A DNA stretch of 64,000 bases from an uncultured Gemmatimonadales bacterium (GCA_963793305.1 CAWBZV010000003.1:1024001-1088000); one strand, 5' to 3'; shown: positions 21,324-32,459, counted from the stretch's first letter. Made by a program: numbers and translations. Notes: generated from the letters alone by a model not told the origin.

Positions 21324-22715
21324 ATGCTGAGTTTTCTACTCGTCGTTGCCTTGGCGGATTCTCTCGGGCCAGAGGTCCGCAAGTTCGTGCGCGTCGCCGC
21401 GCCCAAAGTCGTCCTCGAGCACGTCGAGGTGATCGACGGCACCGGCGCCCCGCCCCGCGCTGATCAGAGTATCACGATCGAGGGCGGCAAGATCACCGCC
21501 ATTGGTCGTACGCCGCCGAGTGAGGGCGCGACGGTACTCGACTTGAGCGGATACGCGGTCATACCGGGGATCGTCGGCATGCACGATCACCTGTGGTACC
21601 AACACCTGGCGACCCCCGACCGTCCCGCTGTTGCGCTCACCATGACCTACTCGGCCCCTCGCCTGTATCTGGCGAACGGCGTCACGACGATGCGCACGGC
21701 CGCCAGCGTCGATCCATACGCCGAGCTTTCCCTCAAGCACTGGATCGAAACGGGCGTCGCGCCCGGCCCACATCTGGACGTGACGAGTCCATTCCTGTCC
21801 CATGCGCAGAGCCAGGCGTCCCGATTGCTGGATCTCACCGGGCCCGACGATGCGCGAGCTACTGTGGCGTTCTGGGCGGACCACGGCGTGACGTCGGTCA
21901 AGGCGTACCAGGATATCACGCGCGAAGAATTGCGGGCCGCGATCCAAGAGGCGCACAAGCGTGGGCTCAAGGTCACCGGTCATCTGTGCTCGATCACGTA
22001 TGACGAAGCGATCGCCTTAGGTATAGACAATCTCGAGCATGGTTTTCAGGTCAACACCGCGCTCGACCCCGACAAGAAGCCTGACATGTGCAGCGGCAGC
22101 CACGGGGACTCGACGCTGCTCCGCATGATTCCGGGGAAGCCCGAGGCCGATCGACTGATCGCGTCGCTCATCGCCCACCATGTCGCCATCACGTCGACGC
22201 TGGTCTTACTCGCCTCATCGTCGAACCCGCAGCGACCCCTGAGACCCGCGGTGCTGAATGCCATGTCACGGGTTGTGCGTGACGACTATCTCGTGTGGCG
22301 TGATCGGACCCGGGATCTCACGTACTTGAAGACGCTCCTCGCGCGGGACACCGATATGGAGCGCGCGTTCGTCGCCGCCGGTGGCCTCCTGATCGCCGGG
22401 CCGGACCCCGTCGGCATCGCCGGCAATCTCCCGGGGTTCGGGGATCAGCGCGAGATCGAGCTCCTGGTCGACGCCGGATTCACACCGGTCGAAGCGATCA
22501 AGATCGCGACGTACAACGGCGCGACGTTCCTCGGACGCCAGGATCGCATCGGCTCGATCGCTCCAGGCAAGAACGCCGACCTCGTGGTCATCAAGGGCGA
22601 TCCGGCGGCGCGCATCGCGGATGTCGAGAACGTGGAGATCGTGTTCAAAGACGGCGTCGGGTACGACTCCGCCAAGTTGTTGGAGTCGGTCAAGGGCGCG
22701 TACGGCGAATACTAG
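21324..22715 (+). CDS. Exported amidohydrolase family protein
   Basis: PGIVGMHDH, VKAY, TGHLC, NLEHG, GPD, GKNADLV. Confidence 0.92.
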   Translation: MLSFLLVVALADSLGPEVRKFVRVAAPKVVLEHVEVIDGTGAPPRADQSITIEGGKITAIGRTPPSEGATVLDLSGYAVIPGIVGMHDHLWYQHLATPDRPAVALTMTYSAPRLYLANGVTTMRTAASVDPYAELSLKHWIETGVAPGPHLDVTSPFLSHAQSQASRLLDLTGPDDARATVAFWADHGVTSVKAYQDITREELRAAIQEAHKRGLKVTGHLCSITYDEAIALGIDNLEHGFQVNTALDPDKKPDMCSGSHGDSTLLRMIPGKPEADRLIASLIAHHVAITSTLVLLASSSNPQRPLRPAVLNAMSRVVRDDYLVWRDRTRDLTYLKTLLARDTDMERAFVAAGGLLIAGPDPVGIAGNLPGFGDQREIELLVDAGFTPVEAIKIATYNGATFLGRQDRIGSIAPGKNADLVVIKGDPAARIADVENVEIVFKDGVGYDSAKLLESVKGAYGEY

Positions 22716-23491
22716 GTCGTCTTGAGCAGTCGACGAAGCGCGGGCTGGTAGTAGCGGCTGGAAATGATCTTGGCGCCGCTTTTGAGGTGCACGACGTACG
22801 CACTCTTGCCATAGCGTTCGAGCGTCGCGATGGCGCGGACGTTGACCAGCGCCGATCGCCGGACGCGAACAAAGTTGGTGCGTCCCGCGAGCCGCTGCGC
22901 GAGGCGATCCATGGTCGCTCTCATGACGTACGCGTGGCCGCCGCTATGGACCTTTATATAGTTGCCGGCGCTCTCGAACCACTCGACGCGTTCGATCTCG
23001 ACGAACGACAGTCGTTCGCCGTCGCGGACCACGAGGCGCTCCGAGGTGGGTGTCTCGGCCACAGACGGAGGTGCGGTCGCGTGCTGCGCGAGTAAGCCTT
23101 CGAGGCGATCGGCGAGGGATGCCCCGCGCTGAAGTGACAGGAACGAGGCGGCACGGTCGAGCGCCTCGCGGAGGCGGGCAGGGTCGATGGGTTTCAACAC
23201 ATAGTCCAGCGCGTGCACCTCGAACGCTTTCAGCGCATGCCGGTCGTACGCCGTGACGAACACGACGACGGGCATGGCATCGACCCCGATCTCCTCTATG
23301 ATATCGAACGCCGTCGTTCGCCCGAGCTGGATGTCCAGCAACACGACGTCCGGTCGCCGCTCGACGATGGCCGCGACGGCGGCGTCCCGCCCACCGCACT
23401 CGCCGACGCAGACCACGTCAGGAATCTCGCCGATCTGCCGCTTGAGCCCTCGGCGGGCGGTCGGCTCGTCGTCGACGATCAGAACTTTCAT
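22712..23491 (-). CDS. LytTR family response regulator
   Basis: IVDDEP, LLDIQL, FVTAY, DYVLKP; LytTR GNY..FVRVRRSALVN. Confidence 0.95.
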   Translation of the reverse strand: MKVLIVDDEPTARRGLKRQIGEIPDVVCVGECGGRDAAVAAIVERRPDVVLLDIQLGRTTAFDIIEEIGVDAMPVVVFVTAYDRHALKAFEVHALDYVLKPIDPARLREALDRAASFLSLQRGASLADRLEGLLAQHATAPPSVAETPTSERLVVRDGERLSFVEIERVEWFESAGNYIKVHSGGHAYVMRATMDRLAQRLAGRTNFVRVRRSALVNVRAIATLERYGKSAYVVHLKSGAKIISSRYYQPALRRLLKTT

Positions 23492-24495
23492 GACATCGGG
23501 ATCTGAATCGCCACGCGCGCTCCGGGCCCCGATGCTTCGAGCGATACCGTAGCGCCGGGGCCGTACAGATGGCGTAGACGCGCACGGGTGTTGGTGAGTC
23601 CGATCCCTTCGCGAGCCCCGTCCCTCACCCCAGGTCCGTCGTCCGCGAGCGTGATATGCAACATCCCGTCGACGCGATGGGCGGCCAGGGTCACGGTCGT
23701 GGGCTTGTCCTCGAACTTGCCGTGCTCGATGGCGTTCTCCAACAGCGGCTGCAGCAAGAACACGGGCACCTGGACGTTCCGTACGTCAGGGTCGATGCGT
23801 TGCTCGACGATCAACTGGTCGCCAAACCGACCGCGCTGAATGTCGAGATAGTCGTTCACGAACTCTAACTCCTGCTCGAGCGGCACCTCGTGTGCTTCCT
23901 CGTCGAGGCTCCGACGGAGCAGGGTCGAGAGGCGCAACAGCATCTGCTGCGCCTTGTCGGCATCCTCGACCACGAAGACGGAGATGGCGTTCAGCGTATT
24001 GAACAGAAAGTGGGGCCTGAGCTGCGACCGGAGCGTGTCGAGCTTGGCCTGCGTGAGCTCGTCCCGGAATCGCAGGGCCGTATACACCATGACGACCACG
24101 GCGTAGAAGACCACCGACGTGGACATCCCCCACACGTAGGGGACACCCCCGACGTGCACTCTCACGACGCCTATGACGCTCGCGTGAGTCCGGATCGCCC
24201 GAATGATCGATTGGAGGGTGAGCGCGATGCCCGTTTGCACGAACGCTAGGCCTAAGGCGAGGCAGAGGTGCACGAGGATCGGCCGGGGTCGCACGGCTCG
24301 ACGAACGAGCGGCGACAGAATGGCCCATGAGAGCCAGAAGCAGAGCACGACCACGGCGCGCGGCCCGAGGTTGAGCGACTTCCCGTCGGCCATGTCGACG
24401 AACACTTCCTGCGCGACGAAGAACGATCCGACGACGAGCGCCAACACCACGACTCGGGACGTTCCGCATGCTCTCGGCGGCCATGAGTCCAACAT
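23488..24495 (-). CDS. LytS/YehU-type membrane histidine kinase
   Basis: QLRPHFLFNTLN, LQPLLENAIEHG, DDGPG, GIGL; start approximate. Confidence 0.93.
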   Translation of the reverse strand: MLDSWPPRACGTSRVVVLALVVGSFFVAQEVFVDMADGKSLNLGPRAVVVLCFWLSWAILSPLVRRAVRPRPILVHLCLALGLAFVQTGIALTLQSIIRAIRTHASVIGVVRVHVGGVPYVWGMSTSVVFYAVVVMVYTALRFRDELTQAKLDTLRSQLRPHFLFNTLNAISVFVVEDADKAQQMLLRLSTLLRRSLDEEAHEVPLEQELEFVNDYLDIQRGRFGDQLIVEQRIDPDVRNVQVPVFLLQPLLENAIEHGKFEDKPTTVTLAAHRVDGMLHITLADDGPGVRDGAREGIGLTNTRARLRHLYGPGATVSLEASGPGARVAIQIPMS

Positions 24496-24621
24496 GGGAT
24501 GCCGGATCGGCCCGGGCAACAGGCGCGGGAAATCACACCGGATGCGCAGCCCGTCCCCGCGATACGACCATCTATCCGCACTGTCTAGGCGTGGCTGAGA
24601 CCCGCCCCGTACCGTGGTGCC

Positions 24622-26895
24622 ATGAGTGGTGCCCTGATCGCATCGGTGCTCAGCCTAGGCATGGGTCTCGGGAGCCATTCAGTCTACAACGGTCGCGCGG
24701 GCCAGGTCTCGGTGGAGATCCCGCGCATCGATGCGCGCATTGCCATTGATGGCACGCTCTCCGATCCCGTATGGCAGCGCGCCGCGCTGCTCAATGGGTT
24801 CTCCGAATACAAACCCGTCGATGGGATGCCGGCCGAGGACTCGACGCAGGTGCTGGTATGGTACTCGAAGAGCGCGATCTATTTCGGGATTCGCGCGTTC
24901 GAGATCCACGGACCGGCACATGCCACGCTGGCCAATCGCGATCAGATCGACGGCGACGACAATGTCCAACTCATCCTGAGCCCATTTCTCCATTCGCACC
25001 AGGCGCTCATGTTCGCCGTCAACCCGTATGGCGTGCAGGAAGATGGCACGATCACCGAAGGCGTCGGGACGACGATCGGCGTCACCGGTATCAGCACCGG
25101 GACGGGCCCGGATTCAACGGACTTGAGCTCGGACTTCGTCTACGAGTCGAAAGGGCAGGTCACGTCGTTCGGGTATCAGATCGAAGTGCGGATTCCGTTT
25201 CGGAGCATCAAGTTCCCGGCGAAGTCGCCGCAGGACTGGGGCATCAACATTCTGAGAAAGATTCAGCACTCGGGGCACAGCGACACCTGGTACCCGACGA
25301 AGCTCGCCGCTGCCTCGTATCTCGACCAAGCCGGCACGCTCACCGGGCTCCGGGATCTGGATGCGGGCCTCGTGCTCGACCTCAATCCGGTTGTGACCGA
25401 GGCGGCCGCGGGTGATGCGGCGCGATATAGTGTTGGCCGACCCCAGTTTGGCGGCAATGTGCGATGGGGCATCACGCCGAACTTGCTGCTCAACGGCACG
25501 TACCGTCCGGATTTCGCGGAGGTCGAATCGGACGCCACGCAGATCGTCAATGATCCGCGCGTGGCGCTGCAGTATCCGGAGAAGCGCCCGTTCTTTCTCG
25601 ATGGTCTCGAGCAGTTCAACACGCCGAACAATCTCATTTACACCCGCCAGATTGAGTCACCGCTCGCCGCGACGAAATTGACCGGCAAAGTAGGCAACGT
25701 CTCCCTCGCCTACCTCGGCGCGATTGACCAGGAATTCGGACACCCCGTATTCAACGTGGCCCGGGTCCGCGAGGATTTTTCCCAAGGCTCGGAAATCGGC
25801 GCCGTGTTCACGGATAGAGAAGCGGGCGGGGACTTCAATCGCCTCGCCGGCGTCGATTCGCGCATCACGCTCGGCTCGCTGTATACGCTCAACTTCCAGG
25901 CCGCGAGCAGCATCACGCGCGATGCCGGCGTCAGCACCGCGGGTCCGCTATGGTCCGCCAGCTTTACTCGCACCGGACGGGCGATGTATGTGGACGCGAG
26001 CATCAAGGGCATCGACCCCGATTTCGACGCCGCCAGCGGCTTCATCTCGCGCGGCAACATTGTGCGATCGAATCTGGATTGGCGATACACGTTCTACCCG
26101 AAGCATTCGTTCTTCGACACGTTCGCCATCGACTTGAACTATGCCGACACGTGGGTCTATCGCCAGTTCACGTCGTTCGACGCCCCCGAGGACCGCCAGT
26201 TTCATCCGAGCCTCATCGCGACGCTCCATGGCGGCTGGACAATCCTGGTCACGCTCGCCCTCGAGACCTTCGGGTACGACCCCTCGCTGTACACGAACTA
26301 CTACTTGGGCCATATCACGGCACACGACACGACCTATACCCACTATGTCGGCGGCCCCGCGATAGCGAACACGGATCCCAATCTGCTGATCACGACGCCC
26401 ACATTCGCCAAGTTCGATCTCTCGCTGTTCAGCCTCTATGGGCACGACGACAATTTCTTCGAGTGGTCGCCGGCCAACGTTTGGATCGAAGCGCTGACGT
26501 TGAACTATCGGCCGACGAGCCAGCTCCGGGCGCAGCTCATGTACAACGCCCAGGTGTTCTGGCGGCACGACGATTACTCGATCGTCGGCAAGACGCTGAT
26601 CCCGCGTCTCGTCGTCGAGTACCAGCTCTCGCGGCCCATCTTTTTCCGGCTCGTCGGGCAGTACGAGACCGTGTATCAGAACAATCTGAGGGACGATGGG
26701 CGGACGGATCTGCCGATCTTCTTGCTCAATCCCGCCACCGGCACCTACTCGCGCGCCGCGGCGTTCCAGAATAATCAGCTGCAACTCCAGGGGCTCTTCG
26801 CTTACCAGCCTATTCCCGGCACCGTCGCCTTTGTGGGCTATGGAAACATGTTCAACAGTGTGTTCGTGAAGTTCAGCTATCTGTTTCGGATGTAG
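24622..26895 (+). CDS. CBM9/DUF5916-type outer-membrane protein
   Basis: IDGTLSDPVW, FAVNPYGVQ.DG, EVRIPF.S, PDFAEVESD, YPEKRPFF, C-terminal VFVKFSYLFRM. Confidence 0.85.
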   Translation: MSGALIASVLSLGMGLGSHSVYNGRAGQVSVEIPRIDARIAIDGTLSDPVWQRAALLNGFSEYKPVDGMPAEDSTQVLVWYSKSAIYFGIRAFEIHGPAHATLANRDQIDGDDNVQLILSPFLHSHQALMFAVNPYGVQEDGTITEGVGTTIGVTGISTGTGPDSTDLSSDFVYESKGQVTSFGYQIEVRIPFRSIKFPAKSPQDWGINILRKIQHSGHSDTWYPTKLAAASYLDQAGTLTGLRDLDAGLVLDLNPVVTEAAAGDAARYSVGRPQFGGNVRWGITPNLLLNGTYRPDFAEVESDATQIVNDPRVALQYPEKRPFFLDGLEQFNTPNNLIYTRQIESPLAATKLTGKVGNVSLAYLGAIDQEFGHPVFNVARVREDFSQGSEIGAVFTDREAGGDFNRLAGVDSRITLGSLYTLNFQAASSITRDAGVSTAGPLWSASFTRTGRAMYVDASIKGIDPDFDAASGFISRGNIVRSNLDWRYTFYPKHSFFDTFAIDLNYADTWVYRQFTSFDAPEDRQFHPSLIATLHGGWTILVTLALETFGYDPSLYTNYYLGHITAHDTTYTHYVGGPAIANTDPNLLITTPTFAKFDLSLFSLYGHDDNFFEWSPANVWIEALTLNYRPTSQLRAQLMYNAQVFWRHDDYSIVGKTLIPRLVVEYQLSRPIFFRLVGQYETVYQNNLRDDGRTDLPIFLLNPATGTYSRAAAFQNNQLQLQGLFAYQPIPGTVAFVGYGNMFNSVFVKFSYLFRM

Positions 26896-26904
26896 TTTTA
26901 TGTA

Positions 26905-27579
26905 ATGACCCTCCGGTCGCGGGCGCTCACGGGGCTCACGCAGTTCGTGCTGACGCTCGGCGTCCTGTTGTTCGGCTCGGCGTGGTCGCTCCGCTACTGG
27001 CAGGCTTGGGCTTTTTTGGCCGCCTTCGGGGTGTCGGTTACCGCGATCACGCTCTACCTACTCCAGAAGGATCCCGCGCTCCTCGAGCGACGGATGCGTG
27101 CCGGGCCCGGCGCGGAGAAGGAGAAGAGCCAGAAGGTCATCCAGGTGGTCGCGAACATCTCTTTTCTCGCCCTCCTCATCGTTCCGGGCCTGGACCACCG
27201 GTTTGGCTGGTCGCACGTGAGCGTGGATGTCGTCTTGGCGGGCGATAGTCTCGTCGTGCTCGGTCTGTACCTCGTCTTCCTCGTGTTTCGCGAGAACAGC
27301 TACACCTCGGGCATCATTGAGGTCGCCGCCGACCAGCGCGTCGTCTCGACTGGTCCATATCGCATCGTCCGCCACCCGATGTACTCCGGCGCACTTGTCC
27401 TGATCTTCGGCATGCCTTTGGCCCTCGGCTCGACATGGGGCCTCGTCTGCTGCCTCCCACTCACGGCCGCGATCGTGGTGCGCCTCATCGACGAGGAGCG
27501 TTATCTTGTGCGACACCTCGCCGGCTATGCCGAGTACCGTGAACGGACCCGGTATCGCCTGATCCCTGGCCTTTACTGA
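26905..27579 (+). CDS. Isoprenylcysteine carboxyl methyltransferase (ICMT/PEMT) family membrane protein
   Basis: ENSYTS, TGPYRIVRHPMY, EERYL, YRLIP. Confidence 0.93.
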   Translation: MTLRSRALTGLTQFVLTLGVLLFGSAWSLRYWQAWAFLAAFGVSVTAITLYLLQKDPALLERRMRAGPGAEKEKSQKVIQVVANISFLALLIVPGLDHRFGWSHVSVDVVLAGDSLVVLGLYLVFLVFRENSYTSGIIEVAADQRVVSTGPYRIVRHPMYSGALVLIFGMPLALGSTWGLVCCLPLTAAIVVRLIDEERYLVRHLAGYAEYRERTRYRLIPGLY

Positions 27580-27586
27580 CGCTCCT

Positions 27587-28132
27587 GTGAATCGCACCCC
27601 AGTCGTTATCGCTTGGACGGTCGCCGCGACCTGTGTCGCGCTTGTTCTCTTCGCGTATTTGTTCGTCGTCACGGGAATGATGCCCGCGAACGCCGACGCG
27701 AAACCCTGGAAGATCGAGCGGTGGGCCGCGAAACGCTCGTTGCACGTGGCCATCGCGCGCGATACCAAGACCATGCATGGCCCCGCGACATCGACCGATT
27801 CGGTCATGACCCTGGGCGTTCGCCTCTACAAGACCAATTGCGCCGTGTGCCATGGCGCTTCGGATGCCAAGCGATCGTCGGTCGCCGACGGCCTCTATGT
27901 GGAGCCGCCGCAGTTCGCCAAGGACAACGTCACTGACGATCCGATCGAGATGACATACTGGAAGATCACGCACGGCATTCGGTTCACCGGCATGCCATCC
28001 TATAGTAAGTCGCTCTCCGACGACCAACGCTGGGCGATCGCCTCGTTCCTCCGGCACCAGGACTCGTTGCCGCCCAATGCCCTGGCGGCGTGGAAAACGA
28101 TGCCGAGTGTCGCCGACAGCGCTTCGCACTGA
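27587..28132 (+). CDS. Membrane-anchored monohaem cytochrome c
   Basis: CAVCH haem motif, GIRFTGMP axial Met, N-terminal TM. Confidence 0.92.
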   Translation: MNRTPVVIAWTVAATCVALVLFAYLFVVTGMMPANADAKPWKIERWAAKRSLHVAIARDTKTMHGPATSTDSVMTLGVRLYKTNCAVCHGASDAKRSSVADGLYVEPPQFAKDNVTDDPIEMTYWKITHGIRFTGMPSYSKSLSDDQRWAIASFLRHQDSLPPNALAAWKTMPSVADSASH

Positions 28133-28142
28133 GGACTCTCGC

Positions 28143-30215
28143 ATGAGTCGATATCTGGCCTTTTTCCTTGTCGCCATGACGCTCGCCCGTGCCGCAGGCG
28201 CTCAAAATCCGTTCTCCCAGCCGAGCCCTCTGTTCGACCAGGCCCCGCCGTTCGACCGGATCCATGACGGCGACTACCAGCCGGCGTTGGAAGAGGGCAT
28301 GCGGCAGCAGCTGGCGGAGGTTCGCCAGATAGCGACCCAGAAGGCCGGACCGACGTTCGATAATACGATTGTCCCGATGGAACGATCGGGCGCGGTCCTG
28401 ACTCGCGCGTACAAAGTGTTCAGCGCGATGACCCAGGCCAACACGAACGATACGCTCGAACGCGTGCAGGCGACGATGGCGCCCAAGCTGGCGGCGCATC
28501 GCGATGCGTTCTTTCTCGACGACAAGCTCTTTCGGCGGGTCGCCACGCTGTACGCACGCCGCGATTCGCTCGGGTTGAACGCCGAGCAGCGATTTCTGGT
28601 CGAGCGCTACTATAAGGACTTCGTGCGCTCAGGCGCGACGCTTGGCGCGAGCGAGAAGGCGCGTCTCAAAACACTGAACGGCGAAGAGGCGACGCTCACG
28701 ACTGCGTTCCAGAAGAAGCTCCTCGCCGCGACAAAGGCTGGCGCGCTGGTCATTGACGATCGCCGCCAGCTGGATGGGATGAGCGACGCGGAGATTGCCG
28801 CCATCGCGCAAGACGACAAGTGGGTGCTGAAGCTCCAGAATACCACGCAACAGCCCGCGCAAGCGTCGCTCTCGAATCGCGACGTGCGGAAGCGCCTGTT
28901 CGAGGCGTCAACGCAACGGGCCGAGCACGGCGATTCGAACGACACGCGCGCGGTGATCACGCGGCTCGCGCAGCTGCGGGCGGAGAAGGCGAAGCTGCTC
29001 GGCTATCCCACGTTCGCGGCGTACGCGCTGGACGATGAGATGACCAAGACGCCCGAGCGGGCGATCAAGCTGTTGAGCGACATAGCGCAGCCGGCGGTGG
29101 CAAAGGCGGGCGAGGAGCAGGCGCGCATGCAAACACTCGCCGGGTTCGCGATCGAACCGTGGGACTGGCAGTACTACGCGGAGCAGGTTCGCAAGAAAGA
29201 TTATGCGCTCGATGAATCGCAGATCAAACCGTACCTGGAGCTCGACCGCGTATTGCACGATGGGGTATTCTTTGCCGCGCACCAGTTGTACGGCCTGACA
29301 TTCAAAGAGCGAAAAGACATTCCCGTGTATCAGCCCGACGTTCGGGTATTCGAGGTCTTCGATGCCGACGGGTCGTCACTGGCGCTCTGGTACTGTGATT
29401 ACTTCAAGCGCGACAACAAGAATGGCGGCGCGTGGGAGGATACGTTTGTCGAGCAGTCCGGGTTGCTCGGCGCCAAGCCCGTCATATACAACGTCGCCAA
29501 TTTCACAAAGCCGACGCCGGGGCAACCGGCGTTGCTGAGCTACGGCGACGTGATTACCATGTTCCACGAGTTCGGCCACGCGCTGCACAGCATGTTCTCG
29601 CACGTGGTGTATCCCCGGTTCAGTGGGACCGCGACGCCGACGGACTTCGTGGAGTTTCCGTCGCAGTTCAACGAGCACTGGGCACTCGATCCGTCCGTCG
29701 TGGCGAACTACGCCAAGGACTATCGCACCGGCGCCCCAATGCCACAGGAGCTGATCGACAAGATCAAGCGCTCGCGCACGTTCAATCAGGGCTTCGCGAT
29801 GACGGAGTCCGTCGAGGCCATGCTGCTCGACATGGCGTGGCACACGATTCCGCCTGGCACCGCGACCGGCGATGTCGACGCCTTCGAGGCCGCCGCGCTC
29901 GAGCGCTACCACGTCACGGTGCACGATGTCCCGCCGCGGTACCGCTCGACGTACTTCTCCCACATCTGGAACAACGGGTACGCGGCTGGATACTACGCGT
30001 ATCTCTGGAGCGAGATCCTCGACGATGACGCGTACGCCTGGTTCGTCGAGCACGGTGGCCTGACGCGCGACAACGGGCAGCGGTTCCGCGACATGATCCT
30101 GTCGCGCGGCGGTACCATCGATGCCGGCGACATGTACCGCGCGTTTCGCGGGCGCGATCCGACCGTGGATGCGCTGCTGGAGAACCGGGGGCTCAAGACG
30201 ACCACGCAGCCGTGA
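28143..30215 (+). CDS. dcp: M3 peptidyl-dipeptidase (Dcp-like)
   Basis: PPFD, KNGGAW, FHEFGHALH, DFVEFPSQ, YAAGYYAYLWSE; signal peptide. Confidence 0.93.
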   Translation: MSRYLAFFLVAMTLARAAGAQNPFSQPSPLFDQAPPFDRIHDGDYQPALEEGMRQQLAEVRQIATQKAGPTFDNTIVPMERSGAVLTRAYKVFSAMTQANTNDTLERVQATMAPKLAAHRDAFFLDDKLFRRVATLYARRDSLGLNAEQRFLVERYYKDFVRSGATLGASEKARLKTLNGEEATLTTAFQKKLLAATKAGALVIDDRRQLDGMSDAEIAAIAQDDKWVLKLQNTTQQPAQASLSNRDVRKRLFEASTQRAEHGDSNDTRAVITRLAQLRAEKAKLLGYPTFAAYALDDEMTKTPERAIKLLSDIAQPAVAKAGEEQARMQTLAGFAIEPWDWQYYAEQVRKKDYALDESQIKPYLELDRVLHDGVFFAAHQLYGLTFKERKDIPVYQPDVRVFEVFDADGSSLALWYCDYFKRDNKNGGAWEDTFVEQSGLLGAKPVIYNVANFTKPTPGQPALLSYGDVITMFHEFGHALHSMFSHVVYPRFSGTATPTDFVEFPSQFNEHWALDPSVVANYAKDYRTGAPMPQELIDKIKRSRTFNQGFAMTESVEAMLLDMAWHTIPPGTATGDVDAFEAAALERYHVTVHDVPPRYRSTYFSHIWNNGYAAGYYAYLWSEILDDDAYAWFVEHGGLTRDNGQRFRDMILSRGGTIDAGDMYRAFRGRDPTVDALLENRGLKTTTQP

Positions 30216-31153
30216 AGTTGCCCCCGTCGATCGAGCTGCTCCATGCGCCGACGGCCCTGGAAGAGATGCCGCGACTCCGGGAGGCCATCGGCGGCGGTCC
30301 GCGCCTCTTCGTCAAGCGCGACGACGTCATCCCGTTTGGGTTCGGCGGCAACAAGGTACGTAAGCTCCAGTTCGTGGCCGCCGAAGCCGTCGCGCGCGGC
30401 GCGGACACGCTCGTCACCGTTGGCGGCATTCAGTCGAACCACGCGCGGGCGACCGCGGCGGTCGCGGCTTTGCTAGGCTTGCGCTGTGTGATCATCGCGA
30501 ACGGCACCAAACCTTCGCGTGCGACGGCGAACGCGCTGCTCGACGAGCTGCTCGGCGCCGACGTCGAGTACATCCCGTCTCGCGCCGAGCGCGACGGCGC
30601 ATTGAAGGCCGCATTGGACCGGCTCTCTCGCGAAGGGCGCCGGCCGTATTGGGTTCCACTCGGCGCGTCGACCCCACTCGGTGCGCTCGGCTTTGTCCAA
30701 GCGATCGCCGAGATGGTCGAACAGGGAATGCGACCTGACGCCATCGTGCACGCGGCGTCGTCATCTGGTACGCAGGCTGGGCTCGTCGCCGGGTGTGCGC
30801 TCCATGGGTTGGCGACAGAGGTCATTGGCGTGAGCGCCGACGATCCTGTTGCCGCCCTCTCGGCTCACGTCCGGGATATCGTGGCGGGCGTCGGCCAGTT
30901 ACTCGGCCGCAACGTCGGCGAGCCTCGGTTCACGGTAACCGATGCGTATGTCGGCGACGGCTACGGCATTCCCACGGAGGCCTCGCGTGAGGCGCAGCGC
31001 TTGGCGGCGCGAAGAGAAGCGATCTTCGTCGACAACACGTATACCGCGAAGGCGCTCGCCGCGCTAATCCAGTGGGCGAGAGAGGGCCGGTGGGGGCCGG
31101 AGCAGACGGTCCTCTTCTGGCACACGGGCGGACAGGTAGGCCTCTTTGCGTGA
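30212..31153 (+). CDS. dcyD: D-cysteine desulfhydrase family PLP enzyme
   Basis: KRDD, GGNKVRKL, QSNHAR; YTAKA and HTGG match D-Cys desulfhydrase rather than ACC deaminase (YEGK/HLGG). Confidence 0.8.
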   Translation: MKLPPSIELLHAPTALEEMPRLREAIGGGPRLFVKRDDVIPFGFGGNKVRKLQFVAAEAVARGADTLVTVGGIQSNHARATAAVAALLGLRCVIIANGTKPSRATANALLDELLGADVEYIPSRAERDGALKAALDRLSREGRRPYWVPLGASTPLGALGFVQAIAEMVEQGMRPDAIVHAASSSGTQAGLVAGCALHGLATEVIGVSADDPVAALSAHVRDIVAGVGQLLGRNVGEPRFTVTDAYVGDGYGIPTEASREAQRLAARREAIFVDNTYTAKALAALIQWAREGRWGPEQTVLFWHTGGQVGLFA

Positions 31154-32459
31154 ATCCCTTCCGCGTCGCATTGGCCTCATCGAGGCACTCGCCGTCGTCG
31201 TCGGTACGACGATCGGCTCCGGGATTTTTCGATCCCCGGCGTCGATCGCCAATCGGCTCCCATCGCCAACGGCATTCATCGCGGTGTGGGTCGTGGGCGG
31301 CGTCCTCGCCCTCTGCGGCGCCCTGACGCTGGCCGAGGTCGCGTCGGCCCTACCGCGGACCGGCGGGATCTATGTCATGCTGCAGGAAGGCTGGGGCGAG
31401 CTCGCTGGCTTTCTCTTTGGCTGGTCCGAGCTCGTCATGATCCGTGCGGCGGCCCTCGGCGCCGTCGCGACGACGTTCGCCGAGTATGCCATACGCCTGG
31501 TCGCGCCCGCGCACGGCGATCTGGTCCACATTGTCGCGGCGATCGCCATCGTCATCTTCGCCGCGCTCAATATCATTGGCGTCAAGTGGAGCACGATGCT
31601 CCTCGGCTGGACCACGCTGGCGAAGTACGGCGCCCTGCTGTTTATAGTTGGCGCGGCAGTCTTCGTCGGCTCGACGAGGCCCAGCGCCCCGGCGCCGGTA
31701 AGTGCCGCCGGAGCCGTGACGGCGAGCGCCTTCGGCATCGCGCTTGTCGCCGTGCTCTGGGCCTATGACGGCTGGGCCGACTTGAGCTTCATCGGCGGCG
31801 AGGTCACCACGCCGGAAAAAACGCTGCCGCGCGCGCTCATTGGCGGCACACTGGCCGTGATCGTGATCTACGTCGCCGCGAACTTCGCGTATATCGCCGT
31901 GCTCCCGATCAGCCGCATCCAGACCTCGCCACTCGTCGCGGCCGATGTCGCACAGCAGCTCGTGGGTGGCTGGGGGGCGTCGCTCATCAGCGTCGCCGTC
32001 GTCCTGGCGACGATCGGGACGCTCAACGCGTCGTTGCTGACGACCCCGCGCATCTTCTTCGCGATGGCGGACGACGGCCTCTTGTTCCGCGGGATCGCGG
32101 CGGTTCACCCGAAATACAAAACGCCATATCGCGCGATCGGGCTGAGCGCTGCCTTGGGCGTCGCGTTCGTTCTGCTCCGCACGTTCGACCAGCTCGCCGA
32201 CACGTTCATCACGGCCATCGTGCCGTTCTATGCGCTCGCCGTGGCGGCGATCTTTCCGCTCCGCCGCCGCGCGACATACCAGCCGCCTTATCGCGTGCCG
32301 GGGTATCCGATCGTTCCGGCGCTCTTCGTTTTGGCGACGCTGTATATACTGGCGAGTGCGATCGCTGACCCGCGGACTCGATGGGGAACGCTCGCCGTGC
32401 TCGGCGGCGCGCTGGCCGGCATCCCCGTGTACTACATCGCGCGTCGCTATCGTCGATGA
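31146..32459 (+). CDS. APC family amino-acid permease
   Basis: IGSGIF..P, WAYDGW, PEKTLPR, about 12 TM segments. Confidence 0.93.
   Translation: MRESLPRRIGLIEALAVVVGTTIGSGIFRSPASIANRLPSPTAFIAVWVVGGVLALCGALTLAEVASALPRTGGIYVMLQEGWGELAGFLFGWSELVMIRAAALGAVATTFAEYAIRLVAPAHGDLVHIVAAIAIVIFAALNIIGVKWSTMLLGWTTLAKYGALLFIVGAAVFVGSTRPSAPAPVSAAGAVTASAFGIALVAVLWAYDGWADLSFIGGEVTTPEKTLPRALIGGTLAVIVIYVAANFAYIAVLPISRIQTSPLVAADVAQQLVGGWGASLISVAVVLATIGTLNASLLTTPRIFFAMADDGLLFRGIAAVHPKYKTPYRAIGLSAALGVAFVLLRTFDQLADTFITAIVPFYALAVAAIFPLRRRATYQPPYRVPGYPIVPALFVLATLYILASAIADPRTRWGTLAVLGGALAGIPVYYIARRYRR

Noticed and set aside
30212..31153. ACC deaminase (acdS)
   Set aside because: Diagnostic positions are Thr/Thr (YTAK, HTGG), not Glu/Leu
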